A DNA stretch of 64,000 bases, from assembly GCF_003334815.1 (NCBI RefSeq), contig NZ_QOWO01000016.1, one strand, 5' to 3'. This DNA is from Escherichia coli (GTDB lineage: Bacteria; Pseudomonadota; Gammaproteobacteria; Enterobacterales; Enterobacteriaceae). The translations under genes and the position numbers were made by a program. This document shows, piece after piece, positions 1 through 11,653 of the stretch. The notes under the pieces are model-generated. The model was not told the origin of the DNA, searched no databases, and was given only the letters and a program-made list of their open reading frames with translations. Position 1 is the first letter of the stretch, and each line of letters starts with the position of its first letter.

Positions 1-77
1 AAAAAATCGGCTCAAACATGAAGAAATGAAATGACTGAGTCAGCCGAGAAGAATTTCCCCGCTTATTCGCACCTTCC
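1..77 (-). mobile_element. IS5 terminal fragment (the window starts inside the element; 16-bp terminal inverted repeat at 62-77)
   Basis: The reverse complement of 1-77 reads GGAAGGTGCGAATAAGCGGGGAAATTCTTCTCGGCTGACTCAGTCATTTCATTTCTTCATG..., which I recognise as the IS5 end. It is followed by CTAA (78-81), which fits the IS5 YTAR target. Confidence 0.8.
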
Positions 78-223
78 CTAAAGTCGGTCGACTGATGGCG
101 GAAGGGAAAATCACTGCTGACATGATGTTAACCCATCGCTATCCGTTCGCCACGCTGGCAGAAACCTACGAGCGCGATGTGATTAACAATCGTGATTTGA
201 TTAAGGGTGTAATTACTTTCTGA
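78..223 (+). pseudogene. lgoD: 3' fragment of L-galactonate-5-dehydrogenase gene lgoD (yjjN), cut by IS5
   Basis: The open frame encodes ...KVGRLMAEGKITADMMLTHRYPFATLAETYERDVINNRDLIKGVITF* with TGA at 221-223. The frame is closed upstream by IS5 sequence. The position next to opgB matches the K-12 gene order. Confidence 0.75.
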
Positions 224-318
224 TAAGGCGAGATTATTAAAGTTGCCATGCAGCGTCCGGGGAAGTGTTGGGCGCTGTTTTTTTGTTTCTTAATAATGTG
301 TTGTAAGCCGTAGAAGGT

Positions 319-347
319 GTGTAGGTCGCACCTTATGCGACCTACAC
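319..347. terminator. Bidirectional hairpin between convergent lgoD and opgB
   Basis: Perfect 12-bp stem gtgtaggtcgca / tgcgacctacac with a 5-nt loop. Confidence 0.6.
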
Positions 348-359
348 ATCAGTCAGGAA

Positions 360-2651
360 TTACCCTTCACGTTCTACCACTTTAATTTCCACCATGCCGA
401 TCCCGAGCTTACGCGGCGAGTGTCCGAGGATATTCCCTTCGTTGGTTGAGACAGGTTCCGGCGGCACAATTACCAGTGTGTCGGCATCGGTTGGGTTATC
501 GAAATGCAGTGTGGTGGTGGTCACTTCATTGCCCAGCACAAGAGTTTGTTCTTCATTGCCTACGCGTACCGGAATAGGACGGCTGGCGTTATTGCCGTAT
601 GCTTTGGCGGTAATCACCAGGTCAAATTTCTTCGGCAGCGGATGCTTGTACTCGATTTTTACTTCATCGCCCAGCTGCGCGTTGGACCAGCGGCCCCACG
701 ACTCCGGACGGGAAATCCCGCTAAACTGTTTCACCTCTTCTGGCGCACCGGCGACGTTAAAGATGAAACTGTCGGCTTTGTAGCGAATATCGTTATCAAC
801 AATCTTCAGCGTATCGACATTGCCTTTGTAACGCGCCATGTCGATGACCGTATCTTTAAATGCCGTTTTGCCCTTCCATGTTGTTTTGTCAACATGCTGA
901 ACAATTTGCTGACCGCCAAGCTGCCCCTGCGAGACACACCAGTCGGTGGAAAGTGCCAGTTCCGGAGCCCAGAGTTGTGCCATCTTGTAGCAACGGTCAA
1001 CCCAGACGAAATTGTCGCGTGGAGCGAAATCGGCCAGCTGGAAACGCAGCGGTGCTGAGTATTCGCTTTCCGGCAGCGGTTCCACGCGTTTGTCTGAAAC
1101 CCGCAACAGCAGCGGCAAACGGAAATGGCTACCCGAGAAGGCAATCATGTTTTTCTGCTGGTCGATGGTGAACTCTTTCATCTCTTTAGGGAATTTCCAC
1201 AGGCGGATGATATCTGGCTTCCACGCCAATGTTTTCTCTTTGATATTGAGGAAGATTTCCGACATCGACTGCCCGGATAAACTGCTACGACCAAGTCCGA
1301 GATAGTTATCGCCACCGAGAATGTCCAGCACCGTCGCGCCGTTATCCATCGTGTTACGCTTCACTGCCAGCGTCTCTTGCTGCGGCTTGTCGCCACGAAT
1401 GACAAAAAACAGGTTATTGCGATCCTGCTTATTGAGGTATTTCCACGCCGTGTTGTTCATCGCTAAATGGTCAGAAGAGACGACGATGACGGTATCTTTA
1501 AACCACGGTGATGCTTTGATTTTGTTGATAAACGTCGCGATGTTCTCCTGGCTGCAACTTACCGCGCTGAATGACTGATTAGGCTTACCGTCAAAATCAT
1601 ATTTTTTGCGGTTACAGGTGCGCGAGATAAAACCATCCGGGTGATGGGTATCGACCGTCAGGGTAAACAGTGAGAATCGCTGACCTGAGCGGGAAAGCTC
1701 TTCAAACTTTTTCCACGCTTCATCGAGAACGGTATCGTCGTAGAATCCCCAGTCGTTGCGATAGTGCGGGTCGGCCACCACGCTTTTCAGCTCTTCTGAG
1801 CCGTATAAGTGGTCGAAGCCGTGCGATTTCAGGAACACATCTTTACCGGCAAAACGCAGATTCGCGCCCTGCACGAAATAGTTCTGATAACCCGAGTTTT
1901 TCAGGATATCGCCCAGACAGATGTTCTGCGGGAAGAAGCTGGAGACAGAGGCGGAGGCGTTGCCTTCAAAGGGGGCAAACAGCGGTATGCCGCACTGAGA
2001 AGCCACCATGCCCGCAATCGTGTAATCCGTTCCTGGCAGCTGCTGCGTGTGGCTGAAATCCAGGCCTTCATTTTTCAACGCGCCCAGTTCAGGCGTGAGA
2101 TCCGGGAAAGCTTCGTTATCAAAATAGGTTCGCTCGAGACTTTCGCCGTAGATATAAACCAGGTTGAGTTTCGGGTCAGGGATAGTTTTCGACGGCTCTT
2201 TATAATAAGCCGCAAAGTCCGGGTCGCCGTCGCGTGACTGGGATTTCACCAGTTCCGTTATCTGACGAAATGCCGGGCTGGCATCCACTGAACCCAGCGC
2301 CAGTAAGAGCGCCAGCAGGCTGTAACCAAAATGGTGCGGATGATGACGACGACGGCGCAGGATCCAGCCCAGCGCACCGAACACCGCTGTCAGCCCCAGC
2401 ACAATGCCGATACCCGGCAGGATGTATTTGCTGACGCCAGCACCGGTCAGGCTGTTGGTTAAGGTATAGAGAACCGCGTCGTTAATACCATCGCCAGTAA
2501 AATAGTCGCTGGCAAACAGGGTGATATTTAAAACGACAAATAGCCCCAGCACCGTTAATGTGGCTGCAAACCACCAGGTGTTACGTCCCGCTTTCCATGC
2601 GTAAATCAGCACAGAGGCGAGAAAAAGGGCGAAAGAGAGTAGTTCTGACAA
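360..2651 (-). CDS. opgB: Phosphoglycerol transferase I (osmoregulated periplasmic glucan biosynthesis)
   Basis: 763-aa ORF with N-terminal TM helices followed by a sulfatase-like domain. The sequence is recognised as MdoB/OpgB. Confidence 0.95.
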   Translation of the reverse strand: MSELLSFALFLASVLIYAWKAGRNTWWFAATLTVLGLFVVLNITLFASDYFTGDGINDAVLYTLTNSLTGAGVSKYILPGIGIVLGLTAVFGALGWILRRRRHHPHHFGYSLLALLLALGSVDASPAFRQITELVKSQSRDGDPDFAAYYKEPSKTIPDPKLNLVYIYGESLERTYFDNEAFPDLTPELGALKNEGLDFSHTQQLPGTDYTIAGMVASQCGIPLFAPFEGNASASVSSFFPQNICLGDILKNSGYQNYFVQGANLRFAGKDVFLKSHGFDHLYGSEELKSVVADPHYRNDWGFYDDTVLDEAWKKFEELSRSGQRFSLFTLTVDTHHPDGFISRTCNRKKYDFDGKPNQSFSAVSCSQENIATFINKIKASPWFKDTVIVVSSDHLAMNNTAWKYLNKQDRNNLFFVIRGDKPQQETLAVKRNTMDNGATVLDILGGDNYLGLGRSSLSGQSMSEIFLNIKEKTLAWKPDIIRLWKFPKEMKEFTIDQQKNMIAFSGSHFRLPLLLRVSDKRVEPLPESEYSAPLRFQLADFAPRDNFVWVDRCYKMAQLWAPELALSTDWCVSQGQLGGQQIVQHVDKTTWKGKTAFKDTVIDMARYKGNVDTLKIVDNDIRYKADSFIFNVAGAPEEVKQFSGISRPESWGRWSNAQLGDEVKIEYKHPLPKKFDLVITAKAYGNNASRPIPVRVGNEEQTLVLGNEVTTTTLHFDNPTDADTLVIVPPEPVSTNEGNILGHSPRKLGIGMVEIKVVEREG

Positions 2652-2904
2652 CGGGCGATCCTCACTAAACCGGGCCGTTTAGCCAACGTTTAAGCTTTTT
2701 GAGAAGCACAATGTAATGGCGTCGCCATATTGCTGCAATTCTAGTGTCAAAAAAATGCGATGTTGTTAGGAATTAGTTTATAAACAGACTTTTTTGATCG
2801 CGGTCGCTTCCCGTGTAACAGGGGGAAAACCGTCCAGGAGCAGGGAAAAGGGCAGGAGAGAGCCGCGTCAGCCGGGTAACAGCTAAAACGCGGCGTTTCG
2901 CGGT

Positions 2905-3402
2905 TCAGGAAATGAAGTTCAGCCCCTGCTTTAACACCAGATCGCAGGCTTTGGTTTTCACCTTTTCTGCCAGCGGAGTCGTTCCGATGTTATCCAGATT
3001 GAGTTGCTGACCATCTTTGGTTTTCAGCAAACCCTGAATACCGTCCAGATAGTTGGTGTCTTCTTTTTGCTCTTCACTGTTCAGGCCCAGCTTTTCCAGC
3101 ACCTGATTCTTGATGTTTTCGGCATCGGTTACCGAAGCCAGCTTTTGCTTCGCGCAGTATTGCAGAATGCCTGCGGCGTTGTTCATGTTATCTGCGCTTA
3201 AGGCCTGGTTCCCGCTGCTAAGCAAGTTAGTTAATGACGCGAGCGACCAACCGCCTTCCTGTGTCGTGCTGTTTTGGTTGCCAAGTTCGCTGGCGGCGCT
3301 GGAGAGCGCATCTTTCCAGGACGCAGCATGCACCCCGGTGGAAATTAATGCGCTGGCGGCAATGGCACAGCACAGAAGATGTTTAACAGTTTTCATCATC
3401 AT
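2905..3402 (-). CDS. yjjA: DUF2501 secreted protein YjjA
   Basis: 164-165 aa with a signal peptide (..STGVHA/AS). Synteny with dnaC. Confidence 0.9.
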   Translation of the reverse strand: MMMKTVKHLLCCAIAASALISTGVHAASWKDALSSAASELGNQNSTTQEGGWSLASLTNLLSSGNQALSADNMNNAAGILQYCAKQKLASVTDAENIKNQVLEKLGLNSEEQKEDTNYLDGIQGLLKTKDGQQLNLDNIGTTPLAEKVKTKACDLVLKQGLNFIS

Positions 3403-3447
3403 TACTCAAGGTGGAATTGTGTCGCAGTATACCGCCAGAAACGGGGA

Positions 3448-4185
3448 TTAATACTCTTTACCTGTTACACGGCTACGGTAGCTATCCCAGTTGAAGATCA
3501 CCCACAAACTGTTACCCAGGCGCATACGGTCCATCACGCGTTCGCCCAGCAACTTGGTCATCTCTTCCATATTACTGTTGGTCAGCATCCCGGTTGGGCG
3601 TTTGGAAGAAGAGCGGCGATCGACGATCTGGTTGATGATCACTTTTTCGTATTTCGATTCGGTCTGCACGCCGATCTCATCGATCACCAGCAGATCAACG
3701 TTGCTCAGATCGTTAAGCAGTTGTTCTTCGCTGGTACCGCTATTCCTGAAGGTATCTTTCATCGCCGACATAATATCGGCCACGGTGATGATCAATACGG
3801 ATTTACCGCGTAGCAGCAGCTCGTTGCAGATTGCCGCCGCCAGATGGTTTTTGCCGGTTCCTGGCTTACCAGAAAAGATGAAGCTGGCGATGTTGCCGTC
3901 AAACTCTTCGACATACTGGCGCGCTTTGCTTAACGCATTCATCTGCCCTTCACACTCAACGCGATAGTTCTCAAAGGAGCAGTTCTGATGCAGTGGACGA
4001 ATACCGGAGCGGTTAAAGGTGCGCTGCATTTTCATCGCCCGATTTTCACGTTCGAGAGCGGCGGAGCGGATCGCCCCTTGTTCTTTCTGCCAGGCCAGTA
4101 GTTCTTCACCCGTTTTAAACGCAGGTTTGATATGGGCAGGCATCATTTTTTGCAGGCGTTGCATCAGGTCGCCAACGTTTTTCAT
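3448..4185 (-). CDS. dnaC: DNA replication helicase loader DnaC
   Basis: 245 aa with Walker A GKPGTGKNHLAAA. The sequence is recognised. Confidence 0.97.
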   Translation of the reverse strand: MKNVGDLMQRLQKMMPAHIKPAFKTGEELLAWQKEQGAIRSAALERENRAMKMQRTFNRSGIRPLHQNCSFENYRVECEGQMNALSKARQYVEEFDGNIASFIFSGKPGTGKNHLAAAICNELLLRGKSVLIITVADIMSAMKDTFRNSGTSEEQLLNDLSNVDLLVIDEIGVQTESKYEKVIINQIVDRRSSSKRPTGMLTNSNMEEMTKLLGERVMDRMRLGNSLWVIFNWDSYRSRVTGKEY

Positions 4186-4187
4186 CG

Positions 4188-4727
4188 TTACCCTCTGAAT
4201 CCTGGTGGAATTTGGCTGTCAGGTTCGCTGACCGTATTCACATCTCGTTTCGGCAGTCCGCCGTTGCTGGCACGGCCGATTTGCAGGCTGCGCGCCAGTT
4301 TTTGTTGCCACTGTACATGGTGAAAGACTTTACCTTCCGCCTGCCAGTAGGCAATGAATGAGGCCAGTTCTTCGGTGGTCACCGGCTCTCTTAGCGCCAC
4401 GCCCCATAGCGCCGCCAGGCGGATAAAGTCGGCATCGGGTTGCCAGTCCGGATACATGGCGAATTTCCCCATGGGTACAGCAACGGGAGCGGCTTGCGGT
4501 TCCTGATAGAGTTGATCGTCCAGAGCGACATCGCTTCCCGGACGCGCCAGCTTTTCTTCCAGCGCCAGCAGTTCAGCCAGGCGTGCAGGCGTGACGGCAT
4601 AAAACGCCGGGGCATTGTTAGCAAATACGGCAACCACACCGCCTTCAGCTTTTGCCAGAACGGTTTGGTGATCGTGTACCAGGGCGTCAATACCAACGAC
4701 GTCCGGGGTCAAAACTCTGGAAGACAT
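4188..4727 (-). CDS. dnaT: Primosomal protein DnaT
   Basis: 179 aa counted from [12 protein letters not shown]. The track ORF starts 4 codons earlier. Confidence 0.95.
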
Positions 4728-4834
4728 ACTGTTTCTCAAATATGGAACGATGAACGAGAAGGGAGATAACTTTTATAGTAACACATGGAGGAGAGGAGGC
4801 TGTCTCTCATCCGTGTGCTTTAAGCGAGGCAATT

Positions 4835-5308
4835 TTATACGCGAGGGCGCTTGCGGTACAACCATAATCCAGGAATGGAAAGACCGATGGATAACGCACC
4901 AACAATCGATGAAGCTGTAAGAAAGTTGGTTAACAGGGTAATCATCAATGACTCGCTGTAACCTAACTGGCTGATTTTTACCGCCGAAATCATTGCGGTA
5001 TAAGCCGATATGCCAGGGAACATAGGGATAACGGCCGCCACGGTAAACACTTTCGGATGCGCCAGATACCAGCGCGACCATTGAATACCAATGGTGCCGA
5101 CCAGCATAGAAGCCATAAAAGTTGACCACTCAATATTCAGCCCGCTGGTCATTAAGATCATTCGTGAACCATGACCAATCGCGCCAAGCAGCGCACACCA
5201 GCGTAACGCCCGAACGGGAACGTTGAACACCATCGCAAAGCCGACCGCTGGAATGGCGGCGAGGATCATATCCTGCGCCAATGTAAACAGAAACTCGATC
5301 ACACCCAT
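4835..5308 (-). CDS. yjjB: ThrE-family inner-membrane protein YjjB (YjjPB exporter subunit)
   Basis: 157 aa from MGVIEFLF..., polytopic membrane protein. It overlaps the yjjP stop. Confidence 0.9.
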   Translation of the reverse strand: MGVIEFLFTLAQDMILAAIPAVGFAMVFNVPVRALRWCALLGAIGHGSRMILMTSGLNIEWSTFMASMLVGTIGIQWSRWYLAHPKVFTVAAVIPMFPGISAYTAMISAVKISQLGYSESLMITLLTNFLTASSIVGALSIGLSIPGLWLYRKRPRV

Positions 5309-6069
5309 CCGCGTAGCCCCCAAATCGTCAGTGCCATCACCACGCCGACGCAGGTAGCCAGTGTCAGCAGACTGGCGATCGCCCAGCGTGCCAGTCCGGT
5401 ATTGATGTGGCCTTTAAACATATCGGCGACGGCATTAATCAACGGAAAGCCCGGCACCAGCAGCAGAACGCTGGCGGCCATCGCGATGGTGGGGGTATTG
5501 CTGAAAGTAGGGAGTTGCAAAAGCAATCCGGAAATGGTGGTGGCGGCGAAAGCGGTAAGGCAAAAGTTGATCTGTGGATGAAGATGACGTTGTGCCAGCA
5601 GCTGGCGGATATACATCGCGGCCGTACTGGCAAAGAAGGTGATGACGGCACCATCCCAGCCACCTTTATTGAGTTTACAGAAACAGGCGCAGGAAAGGCC
5701 AACCATTAAGGCTACCAGCCATCTTGGGTAACGTAATGGCTGAATTTGGCTAAATCGTTTCTCTACGCCTTTGTAATCCAGCAGATGGTGCTCCGCCAGA
5801 ATCACAATGTGCTGGACTTCAGTCACCACATGCATATTAATGCCGCGATCTTGATTTTTACGTGTCGATGTCAGGCATTGCCCATCTTTAATGGTTGTCA
5901 GCACTATGGCGTTCGAAGAGATAGAACTTTCGACGCTGTCCATCCCCAACGCCCGACCCAGTCGTGAGGAAAGCTCATCAACCAACGCGCTTTCCGCACC
6001 ATGTTGCAAAAGAAATAATCCACACTGGATACAAAGCCGTGTTACGGCTCGCTGTTGCTCAGTTTGCAT
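5299..6069 (-). CDS. yjjP: ThrE-family inner-membrane protein YjjP
   Basis: 256 aa from [12 protein letters not shown].... The track ORF is 21 codons longer. Confidence 0.9.
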   Translation of the reverse strand: MQTEQQRAVTRLCIQCGLFLLQHGAESALVDELSSRLGRALGMDSVESSISSNAIVLTTIKDGQCLTSTRKNQDRGINMHVVTEVQHIVILAEHHLLDYKGVEKRFSQIQPLRYPRWLVALMVGLSCACFCKLNKGGWDGAVITFFASTAAMYIRQLLAQRHLHPQINFCLTAFAATTISGLLLQLPTFSNTPTIAMAASVLLLVPGFPLINAVADMFKGHINTGLARWAIASLLTLATCVGVVMALTIWGLRGWV

Positions 6070-6687
6070 AACTCGCCCTTTGTCATAGACGTGCTGCGTA
6101 TTGTTCAGATAATGAGAATCCATTTGTATCATGAAGCACGGTAGTTTTGCGGTAGGTTAAGATCAAAATTGCGCTGATTAATCCTGGTTATCGGGACAAG
6201 CTCGGTGATAAAAAGGGAATTATCTCTCGCCGCAAACAAATTATCACATGAATATTATCACTATAATGAATTTATTCTTTAGCCTTTACGAATCAGGATA
6301 AAAGATAACTGGGCGCGTTTTTTAATTTTTACAAGTTAAAACTATCAGATTTTATTGAACAAATATTGATTGTGTGATTTTGCATTCTGCGGGAAGGGAT
6401 ATCAGTTAATTATAAATTAAATGAATGAGAACTCTGTTTTTCATTAAGTATTTCTAACAACTTAATGTAGATATTTTAAATGTCTCCAGGCTATTTCAAC
6501 AGGTTATCATTTGATGCTAACCTTCTGACACATGCTGTGGAGTTGTTGTGCAGCAGGAGTATGCTGATATGAAAGTGAATGCTAAGGATAATTTATTCGC
6601 TTAATCTATTAATTTGCTGGAAACATTTAAGGAATGAATATCCTGAATAAACCATCATGATTTTTAGACAGTGGATGTGGAGGAAAT

Positions 6688-7413
6688 ATGTTGCCAGGAT
6701 GCTGCAAAAATGGAATTGTTATCAGTAAAATACCTGTTATGCAAGCAGGGTTAAAAGAGGTCATGAGGACTCACTTCCCTGAATATGAAATAATATCCAG
6801 CGCCTCTGCGGAGGACCTTACCTTATTACAATTACGTCGTTCCGGATTAGTCATTGCTGATTTAGCCGGTGAAAGTGAAGATCCACGTTCTGTTTGTGAA
6901 CATTATTATTCTTTAATCTCACAATATCGGGAAATTCACTGGGTTTTCATGGTGTCACGCTCCTGGTATTCCCAGGCAGTAGAACTGCTCATGTGCCCTA
7001 CGGCGACGTTATTGTCTGATGTTGAACCCATTGAGAATCTGGTCAAGACCGTACGTTCCGGCAATACGCACGCAGAGCGTATCAGCGCCATGCTGACCTC
7101 TCCGGCAATGACTGAAACTCATGATTTTAGCTATCGCTCCGTCATTCTCACTCTTTCAGAGCGCAAGGTACTGCGGCTATTAGGTAAAGGATGGGGCATC
7201 AACCAGATAGCTTCATTGCTTAAGAAAAGTAATAAAACTATCAGCGCCCAAAAAAACAGTGCGATGCGTCGACTGGCAATTCACAGCAACGCTGAAATGT
7301 ATGCATGGATAAATAGCGCGCAGGGTGCAAGAGAACTTAACTTGCCTTCTGTTTATGGAGATGCCGCAGAATGGAACACAGCCGAATTAAGAAGAGAAAT
7401 GTCGCACTCATAG
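6688..7413 (+). CDS. yjjQ: LuxR/FixJ-type transcriptional regulator YjjQ
   Basis: 241 aa with a C-terminal LuxR HTH ([34 protein letters not shown]). It is preceded by a 555-bp very AT-rich intergenic region. Confidence 0.93.
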
Positions 7414-8048
7414 AAAAATGCGTCATGAGCAGTATCGGTATTGAGAGTTTATTCAGAAAGTTTGCAGGTAACCCTTATAAGCTCCATACCTATACCAGTC
7501 AGGAGTCATTTCAGGATGCCATGTCGCGGATCTCGTTTGCGGCGGTCATTTTTTCTTTTTCTGCCATGAGAAGTGAACGCAGAGAGGGATTATCTTGCCT
7601 GACTGAACTGGCGATTAAGTTTCCGCGTACCCGACGTTTAGTTATTGCGGATGATGATATTGAAGCTCGGCTGATCGGTTCATTGTCGCCATCACCGCTG
7701 GACGGTGTATTAAGTAAAGCGTCAACGCTGGAGATTTTTCATCAGGAACTCTTTTTGTCATTAAATGGTGTACGTCAGGCGACCGACCGACTGAACAATC
7801 AGTGGTACATTAACCAAAGCCGGACGCTAAGCCCGACGGAGAGAGAAATATTGCGCTTTATGTCGCGTGGCTACTCAATGACACAAATTGCCGAGCAGCT
7901 TAAACGCAATATTAAAACGATCCGTGCACATAAATTTAATGTGATGTCGAAACTGGGCGTCAGTTCTGATGCAGGGTTGTTGGAGGCCGCAGATATTCTG
8001 TTATGTATGCGGCATTGCGAAGCAAGTAATGTGTTGCATCCCTATTAA
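7371..8048 (+). CDS. bglJ: LuxR-type regulator BglJ
   Basis: 225 aa with a C-terminal LuxR HTH ([36 protein letters not shown]). It overlaps the yjjQ 3' end. Confidence 0.93.
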
Positions 8049-8085
8049 TTTGCATGATGCCGGGTTTACTTCCCCGGCAGTGCTT

Positions 8086-8874
8086 TCATTTCAGCGTACA
8101 ATCGCCACATTGCTGCACATCCGGTAAGCGATAACGCTGGCAGCAAGTGCGGCGCACCAGCAGGCCGTCGCGCAGCACCACGGTACGCCAGAGTGGATTA
8201 TCTTCACCGTTCGTGAGCGTTTTCTCAAAAAAGAGGGCATGGCGCAGCGATTCAACCGTCGCCTCGCCGAGCAGCTGTTTCATCTCAGTCAGATACCAGT
8301 TGATCAAATAACCGGTATTGCTCCAGATAAGTTTACCGTTAATCTCTCCCGTTGCTTCTAGTGCCTGCACAACCGGAACAAGCGCCTGGCTGATTAACGT
8401 TTCCATTCGCTGCTGCGGCGAATGTAGTGTTGCGTTTTTATCTTCACACACATCGACCCAGAAACAGGCGGCGCGTCCGGTTTCGTGAAACTCAACGTGG
8501 AAATGTTCCGGCGTCACATCTAATGCTTTTTCCTGCGTCAGCAGCGCCAGCATTAATGGTGGCACCATCAGGCCGATATACCATTGTGCCCACAGTGAGA
8601 TCAGCGGCTTGTTCTCGCGGATCATCGTTGGTTGGTTGCGGTAGATATGATCGGAATAGACCGCCAGTAGGGAACTTAGCGTATTCGGTGATGACCATTG
8701 CGCCAGCGTCATGGCGCGAAGCGGGGCGGGTTCATCCAGACGGATAAACTCCAGCAAATGTTCACGATGTTCGGCGATCGTCGCACGTACGGCTTGTGCA
8801 AGCCCAGCATCCTGTGGCTGGAGATGCGTTCGCCAGATGATATCTTCATAGAGCGGTGCGGAACGATAGGCCAT
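8086..8874 (-). CDS. fhuF: Ferric-siderophore reductase FhuF (2Fe-2S, C-terminal CC-x10-C-x2-C)
   Basis: 262 aa ending ...RRTCCQRYRLPDVQQCGDCTLK. Confidence 0.95.
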   Translation of the reverse strand: MAYRSAPLYEDIIWRTHLQPQDAGLAQAVRATIAEHREHLLEFIRLDEPAPLRAMTLAQWSSPNTLSSLLAVYSDHIYRNQPTMIRENKPLISLWAQWYIGLMVPPLMLALLTQEKALDVTPEHFHVEFHETGRAACFWVDVCEDKNATLHSPQQRMETLISQALVPVVQALEATGEINGKLIWSNTGYLINWYLTEMKQLLGEATVESLRHALFFEKTLTNGEDNPLWRTVVLRDGLLVRRTCCQRYRLPDVQQCGDCTLK

Positions 8875-8954
8875 AATCGGGATAGTAATCTAAATGATAA
8901 TGATTGCTAATCCTAGCGATAGGTTTACCCGATAGCAAGGGATTTCTCTGGCTT

Positions 8955-8996
8955 GCAAATGATAAAAATTATCATATGATATTGGTTATCATTATC
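8955..8996. promoter_or_regulatory. Fur boxes in the divergent fhuF / yjjZ promoter region
   Basis: gcaaatgataaaaattatcat and gatattggttatcattatc; the latter matches 16 of 19 positions of GATAATGATAATCATTATC. A further aaatgataatgattgc lies at 8892-8907. Confidence 0.75.
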
Positions 8997-9014
8997 AATG
9001 AAAGAGATGAAACC

Positions 9015-9251
9015 ATGTTGCAACGTATGCTGGGCAGTGGCTGGGGAGTGTTGCTGCCGGGATTGCTGATTGCAGGGCTGATGTATGCGGATTTATCGCC
9101 GGATCAGTGGCGGATTGTCATTCTGATGGGATTAGTATTGACGCCTGTGATGCTGTATCACAAACAGTTGCGGCATTACATTTTGCTACCATCGTGCCTG
9201 GCGCTTATTGCTGGCATCATGCTGATGATAGTGAATTTGAATCAGGGATGA
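9015..9251 (+). CDS. yjjZ: Small membrane protein YjjZ
   Basis: 78 aa from MLQRMLGSGWGVLL.... The track ORF begins upstream at a non-native start. Confidence 0.8.
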   Translation: MLQRMLGSGWGVLLPGLLIAGLMYADLSPDQWRIVILMGLVLTPVMLYHKQLRHYILLPSCLALIAGIMLMIVNLNQG

Positions 9252-9289
9252 CAAAACAGGGAAGAAACAAGAAAGGAAGTAAAGATAAT

Positions 9290-9376
9290 TGGTGCGAGGG
9301 GGGGGACTTGAACCCCCACGTCCGTAAGGACACTAACACCTGAAGCTAGCGCGTCTACCAATTCCGCCACCTTCGC
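9290..9376 (-). tRNA. leuV: tRNA-Leu (anticodon CAG), single copy
   Basis: The reverse complement reads GCGAAGGTGGCGGAATTGGTAGACGCGCTAGCTTCAGGTGTTAGTGTCCTTACGGACGTGGGGGTTCAAGTCCCCCCCCTCGCACCA. This is a type-II tRNA with a long variable arm and encoded CCA. Confidence 0.95.
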
Positions 9377-9498
9377 ATACCATCAATTCTTAAAAAGAAT
9401 TGCTACCACGGAGGCGCATTCTAGTGGTTTTCAGCTTTTCGTCAATAGTTAATTATCGCCGGAGGTGTAATTGCTGGAAAAATGTCCATCAGGAAACT

Positions 9499-9665
<167 letters not shown>

Positions 9666-9676
9666 CGGCGGGATAC

Positions 9677-10708
9677 TTAACCTTTCTTCGCCTGGCGGGT
9701 CATAATGGCGCGATACACCTTGAAGCGCCCGGTTTGCGCGATCACTTCATGGAAGCCAAATGTCTCATCCAGCACGTCCGGATAAGGCAGGAAGGCGTTC
9801 GCTACAATTCGCAGCTCGCCGCCGCTGTTAAGGTGACGCACCGCGCCGCGAATCAGCGTTTGCGCCGCATCGAGGCTGGTTTGCATCCCATCGTGGAACG
9901 GCGGGTTGGAGATGATCATATCAAAACGACCTTTCACCTCGGAAAAGACGTTACTGGCAAAGACTTCACCTTCAACACCGTTGGCCGCAAGTGTTGCGCG
10001 GCTGGCTTCTACCGCTGGCGCAGAGACATCGCACAGAGTGAGACGAATTTTCGGTGAATGGCGCGCAAAGGCAACCGAAAGCACGCCCGCGCCGCTGCCG
10101 ACATCCAGCACTTTACCTTTCGTGTGCGGAGTTAACGTCGAGAGCAGCAACTGGCTACCGACATCCAGACCGTCGCGGCTAAACACGCCAGGCAGCGTTT
10201 TGACCGTCAGGCCATCGACGCTGTATTCGCCCCAGAATTTATCGGCATCAAATACCGGCTGTTTTTCCAGACGACCAAAATAGAGGCCACAGCGACGGGC
10301 GCTGTCGACTTTATTCAACGGCGCATAATCTGCCAGCATCTGTTCGGCGCTGCGCACGCCGCTGCGGTTCTCGCCAACGACAAAAATATCCGTCCCCACC
10401 GGCAGCAGAGAAAGTAAATTCATCAACTGGAACTGGGCTTCCGGTTTGTTCTTCGGCCAGTAGTAAATCAAAGTATCGCAATCTGCGACGTCATCCGCCG
10501 TGGCGACCAGACTAAAACGGGCGTTATCACCCATCTGGCGGCTTAACACCTGCCAGTGGTGGAATTGCTGGGTATGAGCACGGCTGGCCGCGGTATCTAA
10601 ACGCGCGGGCAGGTCATCCTGTAAGTCTCCGGCAAAAAGAATACGGCTTTGTTCGAAATCATCACTGTGACGCAGCAAGACTTCACTTGCCGGGGTAAAT
10701 GCAGACAT
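9677..10708 (-). CDS. rsmC: 16S rRNA m2G1207 methyltransferase RsmC
   Basis: 343 aa with SAM motif [12 protein letters not shown] and NPPFH. Confidence 0.96.
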   Translation of the reverse strand: MSAFTPASEVLLRHSDDFEQSRILFAGDLQDDLPARLDTAASRAHTQQFHHWQVLSRQMGDNARFSLVATADDVADCDTLIYYWPKNKPEAQFQLMNLLSLLPVGTDIFVVGENRSGVRSAEQMLADYAPLNKVDSARRCGLYFGRLEKQPVFDADKFWGEYSVDGLTVKTLPGVFSRDGLDVGSQLLLSTLTPHTKGKVLDVGSGAGVLSVAFARHSPKIRLTLCDVSAPAVEASRATLAANGVEGEVFASNVFSEVKGRFDMIISNPPFHDGMQTSLDAAQTLIRGAVRHLNSGGELRIVANAFLPYPDVLDETFGFHEVIAQTGRFKVYRAIMTRQAKKG

Positions 10709-10810
10709 GGAATGCTCCTCAATTGATACTGGCGGCGATTATAGCCATATGTTGGCGCGGTATCGACGAATTTGCTATATTTGCGCCCCTGACAACAGGA
10801 GCGATTCGCT

Positions 10811-11224
10811 ATGACATCCCGACGAGACTGGCAGTTACAGCAACTGGGCATTACCCAGTGGTCGCTGCGTCGCCCTGGCGCGTTGCAGGGGGAGATTGCC
10901 ATTGCGATCCCGGCACACGTCCGTCTGGTGATGGTGGCAAACGATCTTCCCGCCCTGACTGATCCTTTAGTGAGCGATGTTCTGCGCGCATTAACCGTCA
11001 GCCCCGATCAAGTGCTGCAACTGACGCCAGAAAAAATCGCGATGCTGCCGCAAGGCAGTCGCTGCAACAGCTGGCGGTTGGGTACTGACGAACCGCTATC
11101 ACTGGAAGGCGCTCAGGTGGCATCACCGGCGCTCACCGAATTACGGGCAAACCCAACGGCACGCGCCGCGTTATGGCAACAAATTTGCACATATGAACAC
11201 GATTTCTTCCCTCGAAACGACTGA
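10811..11224 (+). CDS. holD: DNA polymerase III psi subunit
   Basis: 137 aa, recognised sequence, overlaps rimI. Confidence 0.95.
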   Translation: MTSRRDWQLQQLGITQWSLRRPGALQGEIAIAIPAHVRLVMVANDLPALTDPLVSDVLRALTVSPDQVLQLTPEKIAMLPQGSRCNSWRLGTDEPLSLEGAQVASPALTELRANPTARAALWQQICTYEHDFFPRND

Positions 11225-11639
11225 TTTACCAGCGGCTTTCCACATTGAACAACGCGCCCACGCCTTTCCGTGGAGTGAAAAAACCTTTGCCAGCAACCAG
11301 GGCGAGCGTTATCTCAACTTTCAGTTAACGCAAAACGGCAAAATGGCGGCGTTTGCGATTACGCAAGTGGTGCTGGATGAAGCTACATTGTTCAATATTG
11401 CGGTCGATCCCGACTATCAGCGTCAGGGACTGGGAAGGGCGCTGCTGGAACATCTGATCGACGAACTGGAAAAACGCGGCGTGGCGACGCTATGGCTGGA
11501 AGTCCGTGCCTCAAACGCTGCCGCCATTGCACTGTACGAAAGTTTAGGCTTTAACGAGGCGACGATTCGCCGCAATTACTACCCCACCACGGACGGTCGC
11601 GAAGACGCCATCATCATGGCGTTGCCAATCAGTATGTAA
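11193..11639 (+). CDS. rimI: Ribosomal protein S18 alanine N-acetyltransferase
   Basis: 148 aa with the GNAT motif [13 protein letters not shown]. Confidence 0.95.
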   Translation: MNTISSLETTDLPAAFHIEQRAHAFPWSEKTFASNQGERYLNFQLTQNGKMAAFAITQVVLDEATLFNIAVDPDYQRQGLGRALLEHLIDELEKRGVATLWLEVRASNAAAIALYESLGFNEATIRRNYYPTTDGREDAIIMALPISM

Positions 11640-11653
11640 GACAAGGTGGAATA

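Noticed and set aside
6133-6687. A 555-bp extremely AT-rich intergenic region upstream of yjjQ, considered as a possible foreign insertion or ncRNA locus.
   Set aside because: It matches the known AT-rich yjjP-yjjQ intergenic region of E. coli. No repeats or ORFs with translation signals were seen.
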